The position numbers were made by a program, and so were the translations under genes. A stretch of DNA of 64,000 nucleotides from Phoronis australis (lineage: Eukaryota; Animalia; Phoronida), in the NCBI GenBank assembly GCA_002633005.1, contig NMRA01000141.1:1-64000 (forward strand). The letters run 5' to 3'. Positions 50,782-63,460 of this stretch are shown here, in pieces. The notes under the pieces are model-generated. The model ran no database searches, was not told the DNA's origin, and worked only from the letters and a program-made list of their open reading frames with translations. Each line of letters opens with the position of its first letter. Position 1 is the stretch's first letter.

Positions 50782-52490
50782 GCACGATATAGGGTAAAGT
50801 GAAAACGTGCATTTCAGTTAAAATGTGTCGGTTATTGACGGTGAAATCTACACATTTCGTTTCTCAACTAAAACCCGCAAAAACTTGCTGATTAAACTCA
50901 CCGACTGGATCGTCCCACTTCCCGGCACCGGGACAGCGGGCACGAACTAATTCTCCCAGCTGGTCCTCCACCAGCCCGTGGGTAATGGATGCGTGGCCGC
51001 AGGACAGCCGATCAGGCCCTTTAGTATGACCTCTTCAGATGCCATTCTGGGAGACCGCGTAAGTATATTAGGCAATGACCATCGCCTCTCAGTTGGCCCG
51101 AACCAGAGGCGATGCAGAGGCTATAGGCGCTTTGTACGCCGGAAGCTTTTCGGCGAATTATGCCTCGCACCGACTAAACCATCAAAGTCACGTTGTTATA
51201 AATACCTTTTGCGCATAGAGGAACATCTGAGGAGGTTGTCGATGTGTTCAATTCCTTCCGATCCCGATACGTTTGCTTTTTGTTACATTTTCAAAGCACC
51301 TACGAAATGTGTCGATTATTGGCCATTTGTGTCGCTTTCTGAAGGAGTCTTGAAAATACAACAAAGGTAAGCATTCAGCGGGGTCGATCGGCGAACCGGG
51401 ATACATTCCCTAGTCGTGTCCCGGGTATCTGCGAAAACTCCCCAGACGGGGGTCCACGCGGTCAAGTCCGGCACTGAGCTTGCGGGGTCTGCACTGCCGA
51501 GGCCGCAGCGCGGCTGCAGGTCTGTACCCTGCGTATATGTGCGAAATTTTCGAAGTTCCGAGAAAATGTGTCGATTATCGATCATTTATGTCAGCCGAGT
51601 TTCAGAAACGTTGCGTTGAAATAATTGTAAGTCCCGAGAAATATGTCGATTATTGGCCATTTGTGTCGCTTTTTCAAAGGTGCTTTGAAAACGTATCAAA
51701 AAGCAAAACGTATCGGTGTCGATGGCCGGTATACAGTCCCTTGTCGTGTCCCGGCAATATCTGTGAAAAGTCCCTAGTCAGCGGTCCACGCGGTCAAGTC
51801 CGGCAGCTTGCGGGGTCCGGTCTGCGCTTCCGAGGCCTTAGCGCGGCTGCAGGTCTGTCCCTCTGTGTATAGGTGCGAAATTTTCTAAGTTCCGAAAAAT
51901 GTGTCGATTATTAGCCATTTGTGTCGGTTTTGGCAGACACGTTGTGTTGAAAAATCTCCAATTCCCGAGAAATGTGTCGATTATTGGCCATTTGTGTCGG
52001 TTTCTCAAGGAGTCTTGAAAATACAACAAAGGTAAGCATTCAGCGGGGTCGATCGGCGAGCCGGGATACAGTCCCTAGTCGTGTCCCGGGTATCTGCGAA
52101 AACTCCCCAGACGGGGGTTCAAGCGGTCAAGTCCGGCATCTTGCGGGGTCAAGCTGCACTGCCGACGGTGGCCGGAGCGCGGATGCAGGTCTGTTCCCTG
52201 TGTAAATGTGCGACATTTTCTATGTTGCGAGAAAATGTGTCGATGATTGGCCATTTGTATCGCTTTCTCAAGGTGTCTTGAAATATAACAAAGGTAAGCA
52301 TAGCGGGGTAGATGCACGATATAGGGCAATGTGAAACAGCGCATTTTAAAATGTGTCGGTGGAATCGACACATTTCGTTTTTCACAACTAAAACCCGCAA
52401 AAACTTGCTGATCCTCAAACTACGATCACCGACTGGATCGTCACTTTCCGGCAGCGGGACAGTACAGCGGGCGCGAACTTCTCTCACGGT
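50782..52490. repeat. Unclassified hierarchical repeat: ~175-bp direct repeats, hairpin-rich core, ~332-bp subrepeats
   Basis: 50782-50955 matches 52314-52483. Subrepeats start gaaatgtgtcgattattggccatttgtgtcg at 51304, 51638 and 51969, with a partial unit at 52231. Confidence 0.85.
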
Positions 52491-53913
52491 TGTGGGGAGT
52501 ACAAGGAAAAATGCGGTTTGGCTGTGTACGAGGTGGTTCGTATAGGCAAGAACACAAGAAAAGAATCTTGACTAGTATAGTGAAGACTGTCAACGAATTA
52601 TGAGAACAAATCTCAATACGGAGAAACAACTCATACTACTGAAGCTACTGCTACCACTACTACTACTACTTAAAATATAGTGAAAGTGATGTATAGAGAG
52701 AGACCTGAGAAACAGAGACCAACTCCAGATGTATCGCTCGAGTAATTGCACACATAAACAAACATACGTAGGTGGTGTTGTTGCTGTCAGAAGGGTTCTT
52801 GACGAACAGATGGCCAGTGTAATCGACACCTGTGATCTCAAAGGTTTGTGCATCTCGCACGCGGTCAGCAGGCAGTGGGGGCGTGGTTGGTTGAGGATAC
52901 CGTTGACCAGTCACTCTGCAACGTGGTACACACAGCCGGAGGACAACCTTTACGCGTTGGCGTATTCTTGGAATGCAGTAAGTATGTGCTGGCCATGTTG
53001 ACACCACTGTGGAGGGTTCTGACATGTGCATCTTTGATGACCAATTCTGTGAACTTGTGGGCGGATGGCAACAGGATGGGAAACTTGGTGTGGTCAGGTA
53101 GGTTGGCGTTGTGTATTCTTCCTGCGCTGAAGAAACGACTTCAATTGTTTGACAAGTGACGTTTTGTTTTGGCCTGTATGACGTCTCCGACGTTTATGTG
53201 GTAGATTTCATGTTGTGTAGCCGAAATCCACAGTAGATTCGCAGAATTGAGCTCTGCGCGGTTAGGGTGTCGGAAACGGCTGAGGTTGGGTCTTTGCACC
53301 GCTTGACAAACCTGTTTACCCATGCGGTGACACGAAGCAATCGACGAAGGGTAAAGAACCTATTGATGTCCATGATTTGGCTGACACCAGGTTGAACGTT
53401 TGCTGTGGGGTGTTGATTGCTACGCGGGTCATTTATTACTGGTAAGACAAGAACATCTTGGATAGTGTTCAAATACAGTGATTGGGGTGGCCATTGTTGC
53501 TTGGGAAGCCAGTCGGGGCCGTTCCACCATAAGCGTGATGTTTCAAAATTTCAAAAACAATGCCCCTGGTTAAAAGATCTGCATGGTTAATATCCGTTGG
53601 ACAGTACATCCATTTGGCGAGTTGTCAGTGCATGAATTTCAGTTACACGGTTTTGAACAAATACAGGCAGTTTTGTCTTAGACTGTAGTCAGTGTAATGT
53701 AATCTGGCTGTCTGACCAAAGAAATACACTGTCCACTGAGATGACATCTGCTAATGAGGACATAGTATACTGAAGTAGGCGCGAGCCAATTAAAGGTGCT
53801 AGTAGCTCCAACTGTGGTAATGTACGCTTACACTTGCGGGTGATGCTCTACACTTTTACAATTTAATGTTACCTGATCAAAACATTGTAGATAGTCTACA
53901 GCACCATATGCTT
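52491..53913 (-). mobile_element. BEL/Pao LTR retrotransposon, internally deleted copy
   Basis: Partial LTR 52491-52714 is fused to integrase/RNase H sequence that parallels 55405-56642. Confidence 0.9.
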
Positions 53914-56900
53914 TGTGGGGAGTACACGGGAAAATGCGGTTTGGTTGTGTACGAGGTGGTTCGTATAGGCAAGAAACACAAGAGATGAATCTTGACTAGT
54001 ATATTGAAGACTGTCAACGAATGATGAGAACAACTCTCAATGCGGAGAACAAACTACTAATCAACTCATACTACTGAAGCTACTGATACTACTTAAAATA
54101 TAGTGAAAGTGATATATATATAGAGACTTGAGAAACACGAATTAACCAATGAAATCAATGAACAAATAAAGGATGCAATATGCTGATAAATAAAGAGTTC
54201 TGGGAAAGGAATATCTTCTGCATGCGGAGAAAGTGGTAGTAAACAACAACAGTAAGTGATGTAATACGGTGACTAAACTAAACAATTAATGAACCAAAAA
54301 CAAAATAACACATTTTGCGACTTCCTCCCCCCACGCAATAGTTGAGGAATTAAAAGCAACTAGTACTCAAAGACATATACAATGAACAATGCTAGAACTA
54401 AAACGAGAAATATGCCAGACTAAGAAATTGGAACTATAAACATGTGAAAAAGGAGCACGTATGAAAAACTAAATAATGTGGTCGAATCAATCAGATGTCC
54501 AACGTCGGATATTGTGACGAGCTTGGAGAGCTGTCAGTCTTTGTGGTCGTGGAGGATGCAAGGTTGAATTAGATGGGGTATTTGTAGCGGCGGTAGGTGG
54601 CGGATTCGGAACGGAGTCTACACTTGTTTCGAGCCGGTAGAGCTTAGTCACGGGACGGTTGGCTCTGCCAGACTGAGAACGAATGTCGGCAGAGCGAATG
54701 AATCCATCATGCCCGTAATTGAGTCGCTCCACTCTAGCCATTTTCCATAGAACACGTGGTTTGTCGTCGTGAACCAGAACAATGTCGCCGATGTTGATGG
54801 GTAAAATATGGTTACGTCGGGTTACGAGTTGTTGTCTTTCACGAAGTTCAGTTAAATATTCGTGTTGCCAACGACGAAAGAAATGACTGATTAGAGCAGA
54901 TCGCCTTGTATAGTGCAATTGTACAGTAGTCGCGTCGAAATTGGGGTCAATGAGTTCGTCATTTTGGAAATCGCGGAAGGGAAAGCCTGAGAGTCTACGT
55001 CCGTATAATATGTGAGATGGAGAAAGCGGTTCAGGTTTATTGTCAGAGCCGGATACAAATGTGAGGGGGCGGTCGTTTAGGATACATTCACATTCAGTGA
55101 GAATTGTACGAAGTTCATCAAATGGCACCTGTGAACGACCGAGGACCTTTTTAAGCAGGTCTTGGTAATTCCAACGAGACGTTCCCAAAAACCACCGAAC
55201 CATGGAGCGCGGCGTGGAATGAATTTCCATGTAACGTGTTGATGTGCGAGGAAATCTTGAATCTGAGCAGATTTGATCAATTCATTGACGTCTGCTGGAG
55301 CACCGACAAAATTTGTGGCATTGTCAGAAATCATAACTCGTGGTAATGAGCGTCGGCTGGCAGAGCGACGAAAGGCTTGAATAACTGATGTGACAGTTAA
55401 GTCCGAGACCAACTCCAGATGTATCGCTCGAGTAATTGCACACGTAAACAAACATACGTAGGTTGTGTTGTTGCTGTCAGAAGGGTTCTTGTCGAACAGA
55501 TGGCCAGTGTAATCGACACCTGTTATCTCAAAGGTTTGTGCATCTCGCACGCGGTCAGCAGGCAGTGGGGGCGTGGCTGGTTAAGGATACGGTTGACCAG
55601 TCACTCTGCGACATGGTACACACAGTCGGATGACAGCCTTTACGCGTTGGCGTATTCTTGGAATCCAGTAGTGCTGACGTAAGTATGTGCTGGCCATGTT
55701 GACACCACTGTGGAGGGTTCTGACATGTGCATCTTTGATGGCCAATTCTGTGAACTTGTGGGCGGATGGCAACAGGATGGGAAACTTGGTGTGGCCAGGT
55801 AGGTTGGCATTGTGTATTCTTCCTGCACTGAGTAATAGGCCATCTTGAAGAAACAACTTCAATTGTTTGACAAGTGACGTTTTGTTTTTGGCATGTATGA
55901 CGTATTCGACGTTTATGTGGTAGATTTCATGTTGTGTAGCCGAAATCCACAGGCGTTTCGCAGAATTGAGCTCTTGCGCGGTTAGAATGTCGGAAACGGC
56001 TGAGGTTGGGTCTTTGCACCGGTTGACAAATCTGTTTACCCATGCGGTGACACGAAGCAATCGACGAAGGGTAGAGAACCTGTTGATGTCCATGATTTGG
56101 CTGACACCAGGTTGAACGTTGGCTGTGGGGTGTTGATTGCTACGCGGGTCATTTATTACTGGTAAGACCAGAACATCTGGGGTAGTGTCCAAATGTAGTG
56201 ATTGGGGTGGCCAGTGTTGCTTGGGAAGCCAGTCGGGGCCGTTCCACCATAAGCGTGATCGTTTCAAAGTTTCAAAAACAATGCCCCTGGTTAAAAGATC
56301 GGCAGGGTTACTATCCGTTGGACAGTACATCCATTTGGCACGAGTTGTCAGGGCAAGAATTTCAGTTACACGGTTTTGAACAAATACAGGCAGTTTTTTC
56401 TTAGACTGTAGCCAGTGTAATGTAATCTGGCTGTCTGACCAAAGAAATACACTGTCCACTGAGATGACATCTGCTAATGAGGACATAGTATATTGAAGTA
56501 GGCGCGAGCCAATTAAAGCTGCTAGTAGCTCCAATTGTGGTAATGTACGCTTACACTTGAGGGGTGATGCCCTACACTTTGACATAATTAATGTTGCCTG
56601 ATCAAAACATAGTAGATAGACTACAGCACCATATGTATGCTTTGGCACTTGCATCACAGAAGACATGCACATTGACATTAGTAACACAATCAATACTAGG
56701 AAAATATTTCCTGGGAAGGGATATCTGAGAACACTTCTGAAGATCTCCTGCAATGTCAGACCACTCGTTATGCAATGTACTGGACAGGGGTTCATCCCAC
56801 TCACACTTGTGAGCCCACAGTTTTTGAATGAATAGTTTGGCACGAACAGCCACTGGGTTTACAAGCCCTAGAGGATCAAACAACTTAGCTGTCGAACTGA

Positions 56901-57983
56901 CAACATTTAGTTTTGTGTAAAAGTGCGTGTTACTGTGGTTAGAATCATCAAGGTCATGGCTTATTAGATTAACGCTGTCTGCTTGAGTGTCCCAGTTGAT
57001 GCCCAGTACTTTCACGCTAGTAGAGTTGTCGGCAACTTTATGCTTAACAGCTGTGTCTCGAACAGTCTTGTCCGAAGAAGCCCAAAAGCGCAAATTGAAA
57101 CCAACTGCTTTCATGATGGCCCGACTGCGGTCAAAATATTTCTGTGAATGGTCAACAGTAGGACAGCAGGTAATGATATTGTCCACAAAACAGTTGCGTT
57201 TGATGTCTGAGGCAATGGGGTCGTTATCATAGCGGTCAAGATGGTAACGTACTATCGCATTCAAAATAAACGGTGAGCATACAGCACCAAGCAGTACTGT
57301 GCGTAATCGGTAGGTTACAAAATCACTGTCAGGGTCATTTGGGTCTGAAAGCCATTGAAATTTAAGGTAGTCTCGATCACATTCATGTACCTGGATTTGG
57401 TGAAATGCTTTTTCGAGGTCGGCAGATAGGCCAATTTTGTGCAATCGAAATCTCAGCAGAATGGCGCACAAGTCATTGATTAGTGAGGGGCCTACTTGGA
57501 GACAGTCATTCAGGGATGGTCTGGCACGGTTGGGTTTACAGCTACATTCATACACCAAGCGTACAGGTGTAGTTTTAGAGTCAGGTCGAATAACCGGTCG
57601 ATGTGGGATAAAATGACCGTTATGGTCACTCGACGCTGTCTCAATTATTCCAGCGGTCAATTGTTTTTGATAATTTGGTCACAGTCAGATAGAGTGTCAG
57701 AGTCTAAACGTTTGACCATAGCGCGTGTGCGAGCATAGGAAACGCCATAGTTGGAGGGGAGGTCCCCGTGGTCTGGTTTCCACGGAACTAGTTTCACCTC
57801 ATACTGGCCGTCTTTATGTTGGGTGATGGCCTCGTAGAAAGGGGTGAGCTTGCCATCGTCGGTAGGAGTAGAGTTTTGGTGAATGCCAATTGATTCCAAT
57901 TCCCAATATCTGTCTAAGTTCATGGACGGCGCTGCTACAAAATGTACAGAGGTTGAGGGGAAACACTTCTCTGGTGTTGTTAA
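53914..57983 (-). mobile_element. BEL/Pao LTR retrotransposon (3' LTR 53914-54322, PPT, pol), 5'-truncated
   Basis: YWELESIGI; FIPHRPVIRPDSKTTPVRLVY; ADLEKAFHQI; FVDN; HVFCDAS; TLPQLELLAA; WSDSQITLHWL; NPADLLTRG; H..LHSG..CVPC; GVDYTG; SDNATNF; FWERLV; PPT ggggggagga. Confidence 0.95.
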
Positions 57984-58550
57984 AGTGTAAATTGCAAGGT
58001 CTCAACCAATCTGAACAACAATATGCTCTAAATTCGTGTTTATAATTATTCTTGCTATATTCTTAACATTAACTGAATTGTACGTCGCTATAAAAAGTTA
58101 TTTACATATTTGTTGCCGTGGCGTTGTAACGCCATTGTTGTAACGGAAAATAGAAACGGCGCCATTTTCCTTCGTTACACATCTGTGACGTGGTGTTGGG
58201 GAACACAAAGAAAACAATATGGATCCCAGTGAGTACAGCAGCGTAGATGAAGAATATTTTGAAAGATACAGGGAGGGTCAGGTGGAGTTTTCAGACGATT
58301 CTGACGTTTCGGATGTGGAGGAGGAGGCGGCAGACCCCATAGGAACAATTTGTGCTCACACCTTCTCTCTAGTAGAACCGTTTTCCCTCGATCCCCTTGC
58401 TCCGGTTGTCCAGTCGACGATCCAGCCCCAGCCGGTTCGTGCAGTGAATATCAACGGGCAGAAGGTGCGCAGGAGTTGCGACAGAATGTTAGTGACTGGT
58501 AAGAATATTATAAATATGCATCATACTACCGCGAATTACTACTTGGTCTT
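57984..58550 (+). mobile_element. Possible Kolobok-like element end with acidic ORF start (58219)
   Basis: BEL pol homology stops near TTAA (57980-83), followed by an AG terminus. The ORF MDPSEYSSVDEEY...VEPFSLDP runs into the gap. Confidence 0.35.
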
Positions 58551-60516
58551 NNNNNNNNNNNNNNNNNNNNNNNNNNNNNNNNNNNNNNNNNNNNNNNNNN
58601 NNNNNNNNNNNNNNNNNNNNNNNNNNNNNNNNNNNNNNNNNNNNNNNNNNNNNNNNNNNNNNNNNNNNNNNNNNNNNNNNNNNNNNNNNNNNNNNNNNNN
58701 NNNNNNNNNNNNNNNNNNNNNNNNNNNNNNNNNNNNNNNNNNNNNNNNNNNNNNNNNNNNNNNNNNNNNNNNNNNNNNNNNNNNNNNNNNNNNNNNNNNN
58801 NNNNNNNNNNNNNNNNNNNNNNNNNNNNNNNNNNNNNNNNNNNNNNNNNNNNNNNNNNNNNNNNNNNNNNNNNNNNNNNNNNNNNNNNNNNNNNNNNNNN
58901 NNNNNNNNNNNNNNNNNNNNNNNNNNNNNNNNNNNNNNNNNNNNNNNNNNNNNNNNNNNNNNNNNNNNNNNNNNNNNNNNNNNNNNNNNNNNNNNNNNNN
59001 NNNNNNNNNNNNNNNNNNNNNNNNNNNNNNNNNNNNNNNNNNNNNNNNNNNNNNNNNNNNNNNNNNNNNNNNNNNNNNNNNNNNNNNNNNNNNNNNNNNN
59101 NNNNNNNNNNNNNNNNNNNNNNNNNNNNNNNNNNNNNNNNNNNNNNNNNNNNNNNNNNNNNNNNNNNNNNNNNNNNNNNNNNNNNNNNNNNNNNNNNNNN
59201 NNNNNNNNNNNNNNNNNNNNNNNNNNNNNNNNNNNNNNNNNNNNNNNNNNNNNNNNNNNNNNNNNNNNNNNNNNNNNNNNNNNNNNNNNNNNNNNNNNNN
59301 NNNNNNNNNNNNNNNNNNNNNNNNNNNNNNNNNNNNNNNNNNNNNNNNNNNNNNNNNNNNNNNNNNNNNNNNNNNNNNNNNNNNNNNNNNAAGAGTATAG
59401 AAGGCATCGGATATGGAGAAGTTTTTAAAAATGTTTACTGTAATATTCACGATTATTAACAAAACAGACCCCTCCATCAATGAATCAGGTGTCAGCAAAT
59501 CAAACTAAGTATGTCCATTCCTATATATATATCCCCCAGGCATGATCTGCCACTGCCCTGGGTGTAGCAGTATTCATTTGTATGAAAAGTAAATATCTTT
59601 ACTATTTATGTGATGTTCCAAAGCTTGTTTTTTGGAATTTAGTTTCATTTTTGTTCTGTTTTAAACAGGTCGCTGCTCAACAATCAGTCTTCTCGAAAAC
59701 TGAGGTCATTGCAAACCCTCAATGGGGCTATTCGGAAAATCTACAATAACTAGAGGGCGTGCGTGTACTAGTGGTGATAGATTAACAGCCTCGATTTCGC
59801 GAGCCCTTTAAATACATGGTGAAATGGCTTGAAGCCGTGCCAACTGAATCCGAGATTGCGTAAAAAGGGTGCTTCTATGAGAAGAAGTAAGCACGACCTC
59901 ATACAAAGGTAAGGTTTGTGATTATTTTAACGATTATTCCATGACTATTCTACCGATGCCTGTTAACTGAGGCACTCGCCGATGTCGACTTCGCGACAGT
60001 CAGTCGCCAGCCAGAGTCTGGTTAATCTTTGTATGTTGTGATGATGTGATACGATACTTGACGTAGCAATCGGGATTTTTTCGTACATCAAAGCATTATT
60101 ATTGTTTGGAATGATTTCTTAAAGTTTATCGGTGACAGTTACATCAATCAATGCTGAATGTTTATGCTGTCAACTCGATACAGGTTAATGAAGATTACAA
60201 TCCAATCCCAACTTGAATAGCAAAGGGTACATGTACGTGAGTGATAAATATCCATTGCATTAGACTATTTTTTTACTCCCTATCATATGTCTTCTGGAAT
60301 TCTATTACACGTTGAAATGGAAATCTATCACGTCAGTTTTCACGTAACCTTTGGTTTTTAGGTTTGAAGGCTTGTACCATGCAGAGGAGATATGCATCGC
60401 TTCTGCACCGTCCCTGAATGGACAAAAATTGGTTTTTAACATTTGACTGCAGCTAACCAACAAGATCTTCCCATCCAGTGCAGATCTGTTGTCAAAGCCT
60501 ACTTTCAATATTGGAN

Positions 60517-60593
60517 ACAACAGTAAGTGATGTAATACGGTGACTAAACTAAACAAGTAATGAACCAAAAACACAATAACACATTCTGCGACA
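60517..60593 (-). repeat. BEL/Pao LTR 5'-terminal fragment
   Basis: Matches 54246-54322, ends gcgACA (TGT on the minus strand) and begins at the N join at 60516. Confidence 0.85.
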
Positions 60594-60758
60594 GTGTCCA
60601 AATTTTGTTTGGTATTAATTTCAAGGTGAAATTTCAAAAACGCTGTTACGTTTTTCTTAATTATCTTTTCGTTTTACTTTTATGCATCACTCATTTTTTT
60701 TGCCGTACCAAGAAAATGGCAAACGTTGTTCGAACATGGGTTGTTTGTATGTTTGTAG

Positions 60759-60932
60759 TTAAATGTCGACCGGGAACGTATTACACCGACAATGCCAACG
60801 ACGTGGGGCAAATAGCCTGCGCACTATGCCCACAGGGCTACTTCCAAACGAGTGAAGGTCAAATGAACTGTTCCGAGTGCGACCATGGGCATTCCACTGC
60901 CGACAGTGGAACACAAAACGAAACGGAGTGCT
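60759..60932 (+). CDS. Exon: ephrin-receptor-like (GCC2/GCC3) Cys-rich repeat of a type I membrane protein
   Basis: tttgtag|..KCRPGTYY...CALCPQGYFQTSEGQMNCSECDHGHSTADSGTQNETEC|gtaagg; 174 nt, phase 1-1. Confidence 0.85.
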
Positions 60933-61632
60933 GTAAGGCTAGTTTTATGAATTGAAAATTCTAACGACCAGATTGGAATGCGAACTTGTTGTTTCGCTTT
61001 TGTAGTGAGATAAATTGTTGAAACGAATACTTAGTTTATTTTTAACTAACAAGAGATAGGTGGCTCTCATGCAAGCGACTCCTTAGCCTTTTGAAAGTCT
61101 CCTTGCCTTGTTTTGATATTTGAAAGTAATCAATGACTATTATTCATATGGTCTTAGTAAAACTTTGTTTTAGCTGTTTACCTTTGACTACTACAAATCC
61201 CACTCATGTCACTTCAAGTTGCGTTTAGTAAGTAGGAACGACTTGCGTAGATGCACATACTATTTGTATGGTGAATGGCTAAATAAACTATCCATCTAAT
61301 TTGAATTTAACATTGGTTAGATTATGCTTTCAAACTTTAGTTTTGTGGAACACTGGAAATGATTATGAAACAACAAAATCTTGTGAGTTTGAAATAAATT
61401 ATTGAAAATGAGAGCTCAAGCCCTCATTACAATGTGGCAAATCTATTGCCAGCACCAAATAGACCTTCATCTTTTGTATAGTAACAGTGTAATAGTTTTT
61501 AACTTATCGTGATGTAATCATCTTATGGGGTTGAGATGTATCATTTAATGCTTTGCCTTAGACTTGAGATGGGCTCACTGTTATATCTGTGCTCAGAACT
61601 ACATGACATGTAAATATGTTTCTTCTTGTCAG

Positions 61633-61857
61633 TCGCCTGTCCACCAGGGACCTACTACAAAAAGAACACGGAGTATAGACTTGGGAAAGTCTGTCTGCAA
61701 TGCGAGACGGGACACTACCAGCCCTCTGCCGGCCAAATCTCGTGTTTTCCCTGTAGTTTTGGTTTCTATCAAGCCAAAGAAGGCCAATTCACGTGTGAAA
61801 AATGCTCGGATGGAAAGACAACGGCAAACATGGGTTCTCGGATTGAGTCAGACTGCG
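61633..61857 (+). CDS. Exon: ephrin-receptor-like Cys-rich repeat
   Basis: cttgtcag|ACPPGTYY...CLQCETGHYQPSAGQISCFPCSFGFYQAKEGQFTCEKCSDGKTTANMGSRIESDC|gtaagt; 225 nt, phase 1-1. Confidence 0.88.
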
Positions 61858-62709
61858 GTAAGTCTTGCTTGCTCTATAGCGAGTTTGGTGGTTTTCACCA
61901 GAATGTAAATCTAAATGCAACGATGTCATGCATTCGTTTTGTCCGTGCCACTCTTATTGTGCGCTCTGTCAGCACCTAGGTGTGTGGATGTGTGTACCTC
62001 CTCACAAACCGCAGGCGGCATGCTGGAAAACGCGTGAAAAAGGCTTTCTACTGCAAAAAAGAAATGAGTGATCTATCAAATCAGTAGTTGGTTAGCTTTT
62101 CATAGACGCAGTCAAGTTGATTCGCGCACCATGATGCAAAATCACTCGAGCAAAAGACGAGAGTGTCGCGAGTATTGTTCTCGAGAGCCTTACAAGAAAG
62201 TGAGGGTAGTTGAAATGGTTGATCTGTGAGGTTTGGTTGTTGAATTAGGTTTCTCCTTAAGCAGTTTCGAAAATTTACTATTCCTAATTTTCATAATTGA
62301 CGAGTTACCGAAGGCGATTTTGTTTTGAACTATGGATATTTGTTAACACAGAGCTAAGATTCCTACTGTTGTACCAACAATCTACGAATACATTTGTTCC
62401 TTTTATTTTTATTGGCTCCACAAAAGTTGTAATTTCGCATTCTTACCCTTATTACATGAAGCGTTTTAATTTCTTTACTTCTTTGGTTCAATAATTTTTG
62501 TTTTCATGATGATGACTTCAGCGGTTTCAACGGGTCAACTGGCTAAAATATCTGGTTGGCTCTGTTCTCAATGACTACTCCTGGCTCCCAGATCAGTCAG
62601 CTGTCGTAGCTGCTTAATCCCGCGTAGTCAACCAAATGCAGCCAACGAAATGTTGTCTTAATCACCTTGATCGACTCAAAACTGGTGTCATCTTCAACAT
62701 CTCTTGTAG

Positions 62710-62950
62710 AATTTATAGGAAATGGCACTACTGCGTATCAAGGTAGTAATTCTCGTGACACTGGAACCACGGAACAAAGACGTTTCACAGAGTCGAGCAT
62801 TCAACCGGAAAGTAGCGTTGGCACTGAAACCACGACACAAGTTCCAAATATGGAGCGTCCAGCTGATGAACAGTCCGTCGTCATTGGCGTGTCCGTGGCC
62901 GCAGTGGTCGCTTTTCTCCTGATTATCGTATTTGCCGTGACAATGAGACG
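62710..62950 (+). CDS. Exon: Ser/Thr-rich stalk plus transmembrane helix
   Basis: ctcttgtag acceptor (alternative in-frame acceptor at 62718); SVVIGVSVAAVVAFLLIIVFAVTMRR; donor gtaagt at 62951; phase 1-2. Confidence 0.8.
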
Positions 62951-63373
62951 GTAAGTTACTTTACCTGACAACTCTAAAGTTCCTGCACTTTTAAGTCTGT
63001 TACGAAACGCACCCAATGTTTGCCAGCAGAATCACCCGCGTCCCAGCTGGTTTGAGGCGACAACATTAAACTGTCTTAGTATAGTGTAGCACAGGCACAT
63101 TTTGACACTGACTTTTCCTGGAACAAAAAACCAGTAATGATGATGTCAAGAAAGGCTCGTTATTGTTTATGATTGTTAACATATGTCGCTAAAGCGGCTA
63201 AAATCCGTTTTCCGTCACAAAAAACTTTCGATTTAGACTACCCGGTACTGAACATTATGAAATTGGTTTCAAATTGGTCTCAAATTGTCAAATAAGAGTT
63301 AAATTCTGTGCTCGGAAAGAACTGACACTTCACTGTTCATTGAGACCAGGCTTTGCACGTTGGCTTGTCACAG

Positions 63374-63460
63374 CGTGTCCCTGATCATGATCTCGGAGAA
63401 TAACGACCTGTCAGTTCTTTACAAGCACAAGCACAAGACAAAAACCCATTTCTCATCTAA
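63374..63460 (+). CDS. Probable cytoplasmic-tail exon
   Basis: ttgtcacag|...|gtaagt; 87 nt; only the phase-2 frame is open (VSLIMISENNDLSVLYKHKHKTKTHFSS). A further phase-compatible acceptor lies at 63567. Confidence 0.5.

Noticed and set aside
50940-51068. U1 snRNA (minus-strand atacttac) or hammerhead ribozyme (ctgaagag)
   Set aside because: U1 similarity ends after 8 nt, and the hammerhead candidate lacks GAAA after stem II.
59669-59908. Exon-like segment with good acceptor and donor upstream of the membrane-protein exons
   Set aside because: It has stops in all three frames; at most it is a UTR or TE-internal exon.
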